Positions 18,324 through 27,822 of a DNA stretch of 64,000 nucleotides are shown here, in pieces (position 1 is the first letter of the stretch; each line of letters starts with the position of its first letter). The stretch is from Desulfopila aestuarii DSM 18488 (lineage in GTDB: Bacteria > Desulfobacterota > Desulfobulbia > Desulfobulbales > Desulfocapsaceae). The stretch is taken from NCBI GenBank assembly GCA_945863875.1, contig CAMBBS010000007.1:25259-89258 (forward strand), written 5' to 3'. The position numbers and the translations under genes are program-made. A model generated the notes under the pieces. The model was not told the origin of the DNA and searched no databases. It worked only from the letters and a program-made list of their open reading frames with translations.

Positions 18324-18503
18324 AATAAGCCTCCTTTGCAGGCGTAAAGTCTAACAAAATATTGAACAGGTATTTCGCCGCACCGCTTCTTCTCGAAAAA
18401 TGATTATATAAATTTGACCAACAGTTAATGAGAAGGGCCTGCGGCCTCAAGTGCCACAATGTGGCACTTGCTCTATAAAGTAAGCAAAAAATGGTGGTTG
18501 TCA

Positions 18504-18983
18504 ATGTCCCCTCGAACTCTACTCTTATTACTCCCGCTCCTATCCAGTCTGCTGTCCTGTTCCAGCACGCCGCCAGCCGGCAAACTGATAGAAGGCCACC
18601 TCCGGCCATGCCCAAACCGTCCGAATTGCGTCTCCAGTGAAAATGGTGGCAGCGCCCCGGTTGCACCAATCAGCTTCAGGAGCAGTCCGGAGCAGGCCTG
18701 GCAGATAATGCAGACGGTCATAGAAAGGCTTGGCGGCAAGATTAGTGATCGCGGGCCGACGTACCTCTGGGCTACGTTTAGCTCGAGATTTTGCCGCTTT
18801 GTCGATGATGTCGAGCTGCGCCTGGAAACGGAGGAAAAAATCATGCACATTCGTTCCGGCGCCAGGGTCGGTTACGCGGATTTCGGCGTCAACAGGAAAC
18901 GGGTTGAGACGATACGAAAGCTCTTCACGGAACAGGAAAATCAGCCTCATCGCCCCGCCCCATCCGGCACGAAGCCTCAGTAG
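18504..18983 (+). CDS. DUF1499-family lipoprotein
   Basis: Start moved to 'MSPRTLLLLLPLLSSLLSC' (lipobox LLSC). Contains 'LRPCPNRPNCVSSE', characteristic of DUF1499. Confidence 0.7.
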   Translation: MSPRTLLLLLPLLSSLLSCSSTPPAGKLIEGHLRPCPNRPNCVSSENGGSAPVAPISFRSSPEQAWQIMQTVIERLGGKISDRGPTYLWATFSSRFCRFVDDVELRLETEEKIMHIRSGARVGYADFGVNRKRVETIRKLFTEQENQPHRPAPSGTKPQ

Positions 18984-19095
18984 ACGTCGGTTGGTCGCTC
19001 ATCTCCACCTTGAATTGAGGTGCAAAATCACGGTGGGCTGAATGGGTTATAATACCGCACTCATCCAGCCCAACATTAGTGCATTGCTGCACCAG

Positions 19096-19692
19096 TTATT
19101 TATCGGCCAGCGCTTCAAGGCTGACAAGAATTTCGACATCTTTGCCGACAACGCCCATCTCATAAAATTTACCGGTACCGACTTTATAGACCAGACGGTC
19201 AATGGTCACCTCACCATTAAAGCCGATAACATCCTTGTCTGTAACTGCCGGATGCCCTTTTATTCCGGCCAGAGTGAGCGGCAGGGTCAGGTCGTAGGTT
19301 TCTCCCTTGACCGTGAATTTGCCAAGCACGTCGTAAACATTATTGCCCACATCAGTGATTTTCACCGATTCAAAGGTCATCAAAGGAAATTTACCTGCAT
19401 CAAAAAAATCGCCGGACTGGAGATGCTTATCACGCTTGGCGATATTTGTGTTGACGGAGTCTGTCTTGATTTCAAAAAAAAATCTGCTTTCCGCCAGATT
19501 ATCAGGGTCAAATTTCAATTCGCCGGAAAATTCGTCAAACTGCCCACCAATCTGAGAAAAAATATGCCCGACGCGAAAATAAAAATTGGAATGGGCCTTG
19601 TCCAGTTCCCAATTCCGCATTGCCGCCGACACCGTTTGCCCTGCCACAAGCAGAAAAATGAGTGCTAAGGTGATAAAACTGAATTTTTTCAT
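19096..19692 (-). CDS. YceI-family periplasmic (polyisoprenoid-binding-like) protein
   Basis: Signal peptide, then 'WELDKAHSNFYFRVGHIFSQIGGQFDEFSGELKFDP' and 'FFDAGKFPLMTFES'. Confidence 0.85.
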   Translation of the reverse strand: MKKFSFITLALIFLLVAGQTVSAAMRNWELDKAHSNFYFRVGHIFSQIGGQFDEFSGELKFDPDNLAESRFFFEIKTDSVNTNIAKRDKHLQSGDFFDAGKFPLMTFESVKITDVGNNVYDVLGKFTVKGETYDLTLPLTLAGIKGHPAVTDKDVIGFNGEVTIDRLVYKVGTGKFYEMGVVGKDVEILVSLEALADK

Positions 19693-19896
19693 ATAATCCT
19701 CCCTGGAATAATCAACGTATCAAGCTATCTCCATAAAAAGAACGACCGCGTTCTTAGGGCAAGCAGGAAAGAAGCAGCAGAGAATCTTTCCTCCCGGCGA
19801 TAAACAAAGACCATCTCAGGACTTTTTATAGATGGGAAAACAGTAATGAGGTCCGCGGGAAAAGCAAGGTTTAACATTAAACTATCGCTCTTGTTC

Positions 19897-20568
19897 TCAT
19901 GTCGCCTGTCGCATCGCTTTTTTACTGACACCTACCGCCCCGGCCACCCCGAAAAGAAGGGATATCAGGCCGAATTTTGGTACAGCATGCTCAAAAGATT
20001 CACAGACAAACAAGACATGAACCGCAAGAAGTGGCATGGTGGAATAACCAAGCAGTTTATGGATCTCCCGCCATCGCTTGTAATCCAAGGCTAATTTTTC
20101 TCTGAAATGGGCAGAAATCGCCATGGACAAAACAATGGTCAGCAGCACAATTCCAACCATTTCCGGCCAGTGTTCTTTCCCGATCGGCAGGTTGCTCAGC
20201 CCTTCCGGGGCTAAAACCAGAATCGCATGGCCAAGGGCCAGGAGTGATACGAGAATGCCGTTGGTGCGGTGCCGACGCATCAGTGCCGTTACTCCGAAGA
20301 GTCTTTTCAAAAACTGACCTCTTACCGCCAGCATTATCTGAACACAGAGCAGGACCAAGGCAAGAAGGCCAACCAGCTGCGCCGCCCGCAACATGGTTTT
20401 ATCGCCGCCTATCTTATACCAGAGGGTCTGGGTTTCATAGACAAACGGTATGGACAGGGCCGCCACAAGGACAAAAAGAAGCAACCCAAAGATGAGAATA
20501 CGATACACCTGCAGCTCGACTGCATCGGCCGGGTTCTTTTTGGCTGGGGAACCGGTCAATTTCGCCAT
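19897..20568 (-). CDS. ferric-reductase-like transmembrane domain protein (MsrQ/YedZ-like haem b membrane protein)
   Basis: 223 aa, 6 TM segments, conserved His in TM helices (RRHRTNGILVSLLALGHAILV; LLAVHVLF). Confidence 0.5.
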   Translation of the reverse strand: MAKLTGSPAKKNPADAVELQVYRILIFGLLLFVLVAALSIPFVYETQTLWYKIGGDKTMLRAAQLVGLLALVLLCVQIMLAVRGQFLKRLFGVTALMRRHRTNGILVSLLALGHAILVLAPEGLSNLPIGKEHWPEMVGIVLLTIVLSMAISAHFREKLALDYKRWREIHKLLGYSTMPLLAVHVLFVCESFEHAVPKFGLISLLFGVAGAVGVSKKAMRQAT

Positions 20569-20628
20569 TATTCACTCCCTCCTTATATCCATCACCGCTT
20601 TGATACGTATACAAAAGCTTCCCTTTTA

Positions 20629-20991
20629 TTATCTGAGACCAGGGTGCGCACTTATCTCTTCCTCGACCGCGTCAGGATTTTCGGCGTTGTAGCGAATGAT
20701 ATTTTGCAGATGATAAAGATCTTCCGCTTCAATCGTCACAAATTTCAGGCTGACCTCGCCGTTTCCGGCGCGGACGATTTCCCCGAGGACATCGACCTCC
20801 GGTGCCATGTGCGGCAAAAAGATAGTAAACATACAACCACTCCCCAGGGTAAAATCGGCGTCAATCTCCAACAGGCAGCCGCCAACACTGAGATTGGCAA
20901 TTTTCTCGACCGAATAAACAACCCCATCCACCGTCAGTTTTGCCTGTACATCAAAAAATATCCGGCTGAATCGCCTCTTTTCGTCGGTCAT
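20629..20991 (-). CDS. PilZ domain protein (c-di-GMP receptor-like)
   Basis: 'EKRRFSRIFFDVQAKL...ANLSVGGCLLE' matches the RxxxR ... D/NxSxxG motifs. Confidence 0.75.
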   Translation of the reverse strand: MTDEKRRFSRIFFDVQAKLTVDGVVYSVEKIANLSVGGCLLEIDADFTLGSGCMFTIFLPHMAPEVDVLGEIVRAGNGEVSLKFVTIEAEDLYHLQNIIRYNAENPDAVEEEISAHPGLR

Positions 20992-21198
20992 GTTTCCTCA
21001 CATATTTTCTATGGTTTTTTCGGGTAGTCGACTGCAGCAACAGTTTGCAGAGACTCTTGTAAAAGATTTATCGATAGGGGGTTTAAAATTCAAGTAATTA
21101 TCTCGGAAAAAAATTTCCGTGTGCAAACCCAAGTCAACGGGAAACAAGCCAGGATTTGTCTCCTGCAGCAGCCCCTGTATTGCCGTGTTCATCTAAAA

Positions 21199-21999
21199 TT
21201 ACAGCGTGGCTGCCTCTTCCTTCAGGTGGAGGAGGAAACGCTGTCTCCTCTGTAGTAGTTGTAACCATCGGCACGCTGCAAAAGAGAGCAATGTTTCCAT
21301 GAAATCCCCTGTATTACATCCCTTGACAACTCCTCTTGCTTTCGCTGGCGTTCGAGGAAAACCATATTCATCCACCCGGCACATCCGCCGTGATCCTCTG
21401 CCAGCAGCAGAAACATGGAGAGGTTGCCGTCCCGGCGGAATGTGGACACGCCCGCCTGTAGCACCGGCACAAACGGCATCAAGCCAATGGGATTTTCCGT
21501 GGCTTTGGTTCGTCCGGTTATACGTGGTTCTTCCTCCGGACCAGAAGGAAACCGGCAGGCCGAATGCCTGCAACCTGCCGCCGGTGGCATAGCGAATCGA
21601 GTTGCTTGCACCACCGTCCTTTAACGGTGCTTTGGCTCGGGCAAGAATGTTGATGAACCGTTTACAAAGATATTCTCTGGCTTCGTATCCGGCCAATTCC
21701 CCTTGCTGATATTCAACAGCTGAAATTTCAGGATGCTGCATGAGCTGCGTATCAAAACGCACTGTTTCAACCGCAATCCCGGACACTGGAGCGACGTTGA
21801 TGAGACGCTTCGCCCAGGTAAAAACATTGTCCACCCTGGAGAGAAGAGACGGGGCTGTCCAGCCTTGAGGTCCTGTGCGGTTGAAAAACCGAGGCGGACG
21901 GTGGCTGGTTTTTCCCTTGCGCAAAAACTCCCCCGCCCTCGCCGGATGACAAGGCATCAAAAACATTTTGTTTTTGTCTGTGACCAACACGTGCTGCAT
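21199..21999 (-). pseudogene. iscB: IscB-like (PLMP/RRXRR-HNH family, OMEGA-class RNA-guided nuclease) relic lacking the RuvC-I, HNH and part of the C-terminal domain
   Basis: 'MQHVLVTDKNKMFLMPCHPARAGEFLRKGK' is a PLMP-type N-terminus, joined directly to 'RPPRFFNRTGPQGWTAPSLLSRV...IAVETVRFDTQLMQHPEISAVEYQQGELAGYEAREYL'. Next comes 'ARAKAPLKDGGA...GGRTTYNR...HWLDAVC...GRGSRRMCRVDEYGFPR'. In another frame (21222..) comes 'VIQGISWKHCSLLQRADGYNYY'. The family blocks '..IDPGS..' and 'CAYCG...' expected between these are absent. Confidence 0.7.
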
Positions 22000-22262
22000 T
22001 GAAAGTTACCTTGAAAATTCTTCACTTTCGCGAGTAAAAACCACCCCGGCAACGGTAATGAAAGGTTTTGTCCCAGCACCACCGGCTTAACCCCTTCAAC
22101 CTGTTTAACCACTTGCCGCAGAGCCTGGAACTGGTGGAGCATTCCAGAGTGCCTCTCTCTTCGTTCTTAACGCAGCCCGTCAGCCCTGCGGCCCTGGCTG
22201 TGCCTGGTCAACAGAGGAACTTGCTTGCACAAGCTCCGCCCTTCAGGGCGGGGTAGTTGACG
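22000..22262 (-). ncRNA. candidate omega-RNA-like structured region directly 5' of the iscB relic
   Basis: The minus strand has consecutive strong hairpins: CCGCCC-tgaa-GGGCGG (22226-22241), GCTTG-tg-CAAGC, CAGCC-N10-GGCTG, CTGGAA-N11-TTCCAG and CCGGTGGTG...CCGGGGTGG. There is no credible ORF. In IscB loci the guide RNA scaffold occupies exactly this position. Confidence 0.35.
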
Positions 22263-22343
22263 ATGTTTTATTTTCTGGCGCTTTATCGTCTGATAATTTA
22301 CAGTATAATTCAAATATCGATATAGAATAGTTAAATATTTAGG

Positions 22344-23462
22344 TTGCAAATTTTTGAGGTTATCCCACCGGTGCTGCAAACATTACTCATCTCAGTGTCC
22401 CTTGCTATAACCGTCTCCGCCCTTTGTTCCATATGTGAGGCGATGCTGTACAGCATTTCCGCCAGTCAAGTGGAAATGCTGAAGAAAAGCGGTCATCCCT
22501 CTGCCGAACACCTGCAGCATCTCCGTGCCGATATTGAAAAACCGATAACCGCAATCCTCACTCTGAACACCATTGCCAACACCATTGGGGCGTCCGTTGC
22601 CGGTGCCGCCGCGGCAAAACTTTTCGGACAGGAACATCTTATTCTTTTTTCCGCTGTTTTTACCCTGACAATCCTCATTTTCTCCGAAATTTTACCAAAA
22701 ACCCTTGGCGTCGCCTATGCTTTCCGGCTTGCCCCCCTGCTCACCTACCCCCTGCGCCTCATGGTCTTCCTCCTTGCACCAGTACTCTGGCTTTCAAAAT
22801 TCATGACCAAACTGCTCCCGCAAAAAGTTGAAGACTCGATATCCTCGCAAGAAATTCAGACCATTGCCGCACTTTCCAGACAATCAGGCGATATCGAAGA
22901 AAACGAAGCAAATATTATCAACAATATCCTTGAACTAAAAGATAAAATTGTCCGTCAGGTAATGACCCCCCGGACCGTGACCTTTTCCATAAACGAGCAT
23001 ATTACCGTGGGTAACGCCATGGCTACCCTGACTGAGCTGAGCAGCCACAGCCGTATCCCTATCTACAGCCGCGAACCGGATAATGTGACGGGAATTGTCA
23101 TGCGTAAGGATATCCTGCAGGCTGCCGCGGAAGGGAAAAACAAGTTGCCCCTGGCCAGGTTTAAACGACCTGCCCATTTTGTCCCTGAAACCGCACCGCT
23201 GCATCGTGTTTTTATGGATTTTTTTGAGCGGAGACAGCATCTGTTTGTCGTAGTAGACGAATACGGAACGATGACCGGCGTTATTTCCATGGAAGATGTC
23301 ATAGAAGAAATAGTCGGCCAGGAAATTATTGACGAATCAGATAAAACGAAAGATATGCGGGAACTTGCCAGATCAAGAAATATTGCGTCACGGAAAAATT
23401 TTAAAAAACCTGGTGCCCGTACACCGGAAAACCCAAAAGACAGTGCACCCTCCGGACTGTAA
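22344..23462 (+). CDS. CNNM/DUF21 transmembrane + CBS-pair protein (HlyC/CorC-family Mg/Co efflux-like), no CorC_HlyC C-terminal domain
   Basis: Contains 'AMLYSISASQVEML', 'ITAILTLNTIANTIGA', 'LPKTLG', 'VRQVMTPRTVTF' and 'VVDEYGTMTGVISMEDVIEEIVGQEIIDESD'. Start codon uncertain (TTG at 22344 or GTG at 22371). Confidence 0.8.
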   Translation: MQIFEVIPPVLQTLLISVSLAITVSALCSICEAMLYSISASQVEMLKKSGHPSAEHLQHLRADIEKPITAILTLNTIANTIGASVAGAAAAKLFGQEHLILFSAVFTLTILIFSEILPKTLGVAYAFRLAPLLTYPLRLMVFLLAPVLWLSKFMTKLLPQKVEDSISSQEIQTIAALSRQSGDIEENEANIINNILELKDKIVRQVMTPRTVTFSINEHITVGNAMATLTELSSHSRIPIYSREPDNVTGIVMRKDILQAAAEGKNKLPLARFKRPAHFVPETAPLHRVFMDFFERRQHLFVVVDEYGTMTGVISMEDVIEEIVGQEIIDESDKTKDMRELARSRNIASRKNFKKPGARTPENPKDSAPSGL

Positions 23463-23493
23463 GCGTTTACCGGCGCCGGAAATGTGCGATTTT

Positions 23494-24585
23494 CTAATTT
23501 ACTGCAGCCAGACGAAGGGTAACCTCGAATGTTCTACCGTTTCTTACAATGGTAAATGGTACCTCCGCACCAACCTTGTAACGTTCAAGTTCGGTGAGCA
23601 GATCCTCTAAAGATATAATAGGGACTCCCGCCACGCCGAGGATGATATCACCGAGGATAATTTCTCCGTGATATTGTGTCGTCGGTTGCAGACCGGCCTT
23701 CTCAGCAGGACCGCCTGGTTCGATGCCTACGATCAATACGCCTTCGACGCCTAACCTTTTGGCAACCCGCTCATCGGCCAGTGTCGCACCGATTCCGGGC
23801 CGGATGATCCGGCCATGCTGAATAATCTGCGGCACGATACTGTTGACGACATCGACCGCAACGGCAAAACCGATTCCGGCATAGGCGCCGGAGGGACTAA
23901 ATATCGCCGTATTCACCCCAATAAGCCTGCCGGCACTGTCCAGGAGAGGCCCGCCTGAATTTCCTGGATTGATCGCGGCATCCGTCTGGATCACTCCATG
24001 GATCACCCGGCCGGTAATGGCCTTGATCTCCCGATTAAGGGCTGAGATTATGCCGGAGGTGATAGTTTGATCGAGGCCGAAAGGGTTACCGATGGCAAAG
24101 ACTTTCTGGCCGACGAGCAAATCCTCTGAACTGCCGATGGCGATTGGTTTCAGGAGATAACCGGGTGCATCTATTTGCAGGACGGCGATATCCTTGTCGG
24201 GGGCTGCGCCAACTAAGACAGCCTTCCATGTTGAATTATCGGCCATGGTCACCTGGACCCGGCTGGCATCACTTATGACATGGTAATTGGTAACTATACG
24301 TCCCTGATTATCCCAGACAAAACCCGAGCCGGTTCCCTGGGGAATTTCAACGGCATTTAAAGAAAAGAATCCCCGCCGGAGGGCGATACTGGTGACATAG
24401 ACGACTGCGGGAGAATTGGCGCGGAAGATGTCAATCGTATTCAGTTCATCGGCGGCCAGGTCGCCACGGGCGGTGACGGCTCGCGGTTCGGCATTATAGC
24501 TGCTGACAAATCTTCTAATGGGGGTAAAAAGCAGCCAGATAGCCAGACAGGCAACGACGATAATTGCAAGAGGTGAGGTTCTCAT
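23494..24585 (-). CDS. HtrA/DegS-type S1C serine protease with one PDZ domain
   Basis: N-terminal TM anchor. Catalytic triad contexts 'TNYHVI', 'DIAVLQI' and 'GNSGGPLLD'. PDZ 'GVLIVGIEPGGPAEKAGLQ'. Confidence 0.88.
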   Translation of the reverse strand: MRTSPLAIIVVACLAIWLLFTPIRRFVSSYNAEPRAVTARGDLAADELNTIDIFRANSPAVVYVTSIALRRGFFSLNAVEIPQGTGSGFVWDNQGRIVTNYHVISDASRVQVTMADNSTWKAVLVGAAPDKDIAVLQIDAPGYLLKPIAIGSSEDLLVGQKVFAIGNPFGLDQTITSGIISALNREIKAITGRVIHGVIQTDAAINPGNSGGPLLDSAGRLIGVNTAIFSPSGAYAGIGFAVAVDVVNSIVPQIIQHGRIIRPGIGATLADERVAKRLGVEGVLIVGIEPGGPAEKAGLQPTTQYHGEIILGDIILGVAGVPIISLEDLLTELERYKVGAEVPFTIVRNGRTFEVTLRLAAVN

Positions 24586-24625
24586 AAGAAGAGGCTCGAA
24601 AAATTATTCTCCGATACACCAGATA

Positions 24626-26020
24626 TCAGAGGTTGAGAAAATATTTGGCAATCATGAAGAACATCAGGACCCCGAGAATATCGATGGAGGTCGTCACAAA
24701 GGGTCCGGTGGCTATTGCTGCGTCGATATCAAATCTTTTCAGGATGAGGGGGATCATCGTGCCTAAGGTGGCAGACATCACCATACAGAAAAAAATTGAC
24801 AGGCCGACAACAACACCCAAGAGGGCCGGTTCCGGGAAACCGAGATACGCAACGATACCAAGAAACAGTCCATAGATAAGCCCCAAAATGAGTCCTACCC
24901 GCATTTCTTTTAGCACGACACGATACGATTCATCGAGGTTTATTCTGCCGGTGGCAATCCCGCGCACGACAATAGTAGAAGACTGAGTAGCAATGTTGCC
25001 CCCCATTCCTATGACAACTGGAATAAAGGACGCCAGGGCAATCATTTTTGACAGCTCTTCTTCGAAGGAGCCGATTATCAGCATCGCCGTCACCCCGCCT
25101 ATCCATGAGGCAAATAACCACGGTGCCCGAATAAACGCACTTTCCCTGGTCGATTTCAGTAAAATTTCTCTGTCCTTACCGGCACCGGCCATCTGCAGAA
25201 ACTCTTCGGAGGCCTCCTCCCGGATAACGTCGATAATGTCATCGACCGTGACGATACCAACCAGCGTATAATTCGAATCAACCACCGGCACCGCCAGAAT
25301 ATTATATTTTGCGACAACGTGGGCAACTTCCCCCTGGTCAGTGTCGGTCGTCACCGAAATGACATGGGGATTCATGATATCCTTGAGTTTCCGCTCTGCC
25401 GGGTGCATCAGCAGTTCCCGCAGAGAAACCACCCCGGACAGCTTATGGTCGCCGTGGGTGATGTACAGATAAAAAACCATCTCTTTTTCTTCGCTGCGCT
25501 TCTGCACGCTTTTTATGGCCTCGCTGACCATCATCTCCTCATCAAGATACATAAAATCAGGAGACATTAAACCACCGGCGGTCTCGGGATCATAGCGCAG
25601 AAGTTCTTCGACTTCATCCCGATCTTTTTTGCCCATGTGCTCTCTGATCTCATCGGCGAAGGTACCAGGAAGCACCTCAAGTATATCCACCGCATCGTCG
25701 GAGGGCATGTCGGAGAGAATATCAGCCATATACTGCGGAGAAAGGCCCTTGACCAGGTCGGTGACCAGCAAGCCGTCAAGTTCACTCAAGAAAGCACCGA
25801 CAGAGTCCGTTTTAACAATGATATTGAAGACTGCTTTCCTTTCCGTCTCTGTTAGATGCCGGTAGACCCAGGCCATGTCCGCCGGATGGGTTTTTTGAAT
25901 GAGCTTCATCAGATGATCGATAGCCCCACGCCTGTTTAAGCGTCTGACCATATCGAGAATAACTATCCCTTCATTACCAATCATTTCTGTTTTATTTTTA
26001 ATTTCCATAATTTGCACCAT
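24626..26020 (-). CDS. mgtE: magnesium transporter MgtE
   Basis: N-domain, CBS pair ('IMNPHVISVTTDTDQGEVAHVVAKYNILAVPVVD') and TM domain ('IPVVIGMGGNIATQSSTIVVRG', 'DAAIATGPFVTTSIDILGV'). Start uncertain: 26020, 26008 or the GTG at 26068. Confidence 0.88.
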   Translation of the reverse strand: MVQIMEIKNKTEMIGNEGIVILDMVRRLNRRGAIDHLMKLIQKTHPADMAWVYRHLTETERKAVFNIIVKTDSVGAFLSELDGLLVTDLVKGLSPQYMADILSDMPSDDAVDILEVLPGTFADEIREHMGKKDRDEVEELLRYDPETAGGLMSPDFMYLDEEMMVSEAIKSVQKRSEEKEMVFYLYITHGDHKLSGVVSLRELLMHPAERKLKDIMNPHVISVTTDTDQGEVAHVVAKYNILAVPVVDSNYTLVGIVTVDDIIDVIREEASEEFLQMAGAGKDREILLKSTRESAFIRAPWLFASWIGGVTAMLIIGSFEEELSKMIALASFIPVVIGMGGNIATQSSTIVVRGIATGRINLDESYRVVLKEMRVGLILGLIYGLFLGIVAYLGFPEPALLGVVVGLSIFFCMVMSATLGTMIPLILKRFDIDAAIATGPFVTTSIDILGVLMFFMIAKYFLNL

Positions 26021-26303
26021 AGGACATTGTATGTGAAGAGACTCTGCCAGAGCTCGGAGCAGGTACACCGGCGGGACAATGCACTCTACCTGTAATCACT
26101 CACTCAGGTCAATTTCAATTTAATTTCCTGCAATAACTAACTAAAAAATAACATTACCGGGGCATTTTCGGACAGAGCTGTGATGCTGCAAAATAGAGGT
26201 ATGCACAGATAGTGTAACGATTCCTCGAAAAACCAAAAAGACTGATAGAGGAACATTTCTTCTCTTCAGCGGATACGGCAAAAACCGGCCTGCTTGCAGC
26301 TGC

Positions 26304-26504
26304 TTACTGGCAGAGAGATGTTTTTTGGACAACGAAAATAATCAGCAGCCCTATGGCCATGGCCAGCAGGCCAATAGCCCGGAGTTGGCCAGGGTTAATG
26401 CCACTCAATTTCTTAAGCCATTCCTGCATCGCCTCGGGTGCGGCCACATAAGGAATGCCTTCTAGAATCAAAACAAGACCGACGAGAAGTATAAATAATT
26501 TCAT
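26304..26504 (-). CDS. DUF2065-family small membrane protein
   Basis: 'MKLFILLVGLVLILEGIPYVAAPEAMQEWLKKL...LRAIGLLAMAIGLLIIF'. Confidence 0.65.
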   Translation of the reverse strand: MKLFILLVGLVLILEGIPYVAAPEAMQEWLKKLSGINPGQLRAIGLLAMAIGLLIIFVVQKTSLCQ

Positions 26505-26699
26505 AGGAAGATTATCTAACAAAACAACAAAAATATTTCAACAGGCACGTTGCAGTGCTCCGGTAGTAATCGATTTTTATCGTGATTTGATGCAATTGCA
26601 TTGCTTTTTTAAAGCTCTCTTAATATTATAGCGAATATCTTTCCTTAAAAACTGATCTGTTTTCTGATCGAAAAATATAACAATGTGCAATCCTTAACT

Positions 26700-27755
26700 A
26701 TGAGCGAACCAGCAAAGAGCAAATACAGTGAAGCCGGGGTGGATATCGACAAGGGTAATGCTTTCATCGAGGAAATTAAAGAAATTGTCGCCTCAACCCA
26801 CCAGCGCAGCGTTCTTGGCGGTATCGGTGGATTTTCTTCCCATGTAGCTATCGATACGACGAAATACAAAAAGCCGGTGATCGTCAACTCCACGGATGGT
26901 GTTGGTACAAAGCTGGTTATCGCTCAACTCTGCAACAAACATGACACTATCGGCATCGACCTTGTCGCCATGTGTGTGAACGACCTTATTGTTGGCGGAG
27001 CCGTCCCCTTATGCTTTCTCGATTATTTTGCCGTCGGAAAACTGGAGCTGGATATCGCCAAAGAAGTTATTACCGGTATTGCTGAAGGTTGCCGGCAGGC
27101 GCAATGTTCTCTTGTCGGTGGAGAAACGGCGGAAATGCCCGGCCTCTATAAAGACAAGGACTATGATCTTGCCGGCTTTGTTACCGGAATTGTTGACCGC
27201 GATGCAATTATTGATGGGTCTGATATCCGTGCCGGAGACCAGATAATCGGCCTTACCTCCAGTGGCCTCCATTCGAACGGCTACTCCCTGGTGCGAAAAA
27301 TATGCTTTGCCGATCATCAGCTTGATGTCAAACAGCACATCGACGAACTGGGCTGCACCTTGGGCGAAGAGCTGTTGCGGCCAACAAAAATATATGTCCA
27401 GGCGGTTCTTAACGTGCTGAAAAACTATCCGCTCAATGGCATGGTGCACAATACCGGTGGCGGATTTATCGACAACATCCCGCGCATTCTGCCCAAAGGC
27501 TATAAGGCGGTCCTTGATACGACAACCTGGCCCTTGCCGCCTATTTTCCCATTTCTGCAGAGATTAGGTGAAGTCCCGGAAGACGAAATGTATCGAACCT
27601 TCAACATGGGGATCGGCCTGCTCGTCATCGTCGATGAAGCGCAGGCAAAGGATATTCGGCACCACTTTGAAGCAGTCGGAGAAAATGCCTATATCATTGG
27701 TGAAATAGCCCCAATGGCGGCAGGAGAAACGGCCTCTGTTGAGATACGACGATAG
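26700..27755 (+). CDS. purM: phosphoribosylformylglycinamidine cyclo-ligase (AIR synthetase)
   Basis: 'YSEAGVDIDKGNAFIEEIK', 'STDGVGTKL', 'GIDLVAMCVNDL' and 'GGETAEMPGLY'. Confidence 0.93.
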   Translation: MSEPAKSKYSEAGVDIDKGNAFIEEIKEIVASTHQRSVLGGIGGFSSHVAIDTTKYKKPVIVNSTDGVGTKLVIAQLCNKHDTIGIDLVAMCVNDLIVGGAVPLCFLDYFAVGKLELDIAKEVITGIAEGCRQAQCSLVGGETAEMPGLYKDKDYDLAGFVTGIVDRDAIIDGSDIRAGDQIIGLTSSGLHSNGYSLVRKICFADHQLDVKQHIDELGCTLGEELLRPTKIYVQAVLNVLKNYPLNGMVHNTGGGFIDNIPRILPKGYKAVLDTTTWPLPPIFPFLQRLGEVPEDEMYRTFNMGIGLLVIVDEAQAKDIRHHFEAVGENAYIIGEIAPMAAGETASVEIRR

Positions 27756-27773
27756 TCCTCGGAATTTCCATCG

Positions 27774-27817
27774 ATAGAGTCAGAGGATGCGGAACATCCC
27801 GCATCCTCTGACTCTAT
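27774..27817. terminator. 19-bp perfect hairpin, bidirectional terminator between purM (+) and moaB (-)
   Basis: ATAGAGTCAGAGGATGCGG-aacatc-CCGCATCCTCTGACTCTAT followed by TTT. The genes are convergent. Confidence 0.8.
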
Positions 27818-27822
27818 TTGAG

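Noticed and set aside
19042-21027. Plus-strand ORFs 19042..19668 and 20269..21027
   Set aside because: They are antisense to the YceI, ferric-reductase-like and PilZ genes, which carry recognisable motifs.
21291-21320. 'GCNTGD' in the main iscB-relic frame looked like the family's 'GFQTGD' block
   Set aside because: The same nucleotides read in the adjacent frame give 'DVIQGISW', which continues into the much longer family block 'QGIS..HC.LLQRADGY'. The GFQTGD-like match is therefore probably coincidental and the block is deleted.
26069-26303. Possible Mg2+ (M-box) riboswitch in the 235-nt leader upstream of mgtE
   Set aside because: I could not find the conserved M-box core strings (for example GTTAGGTGAGG-like) or the multi-helix pattern by eye. 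A covariance-model scan (Rfam RF00380) would be needed to exclude it fully.
26591-26600. 10-bp palindrome TGCAATTGCA upstream of purM as a PurR-type box
   Set aside because: It is too short and does not resemble the 16-bp PurR box consensus. It could occur by chance in AT-rich intergenic DNA.
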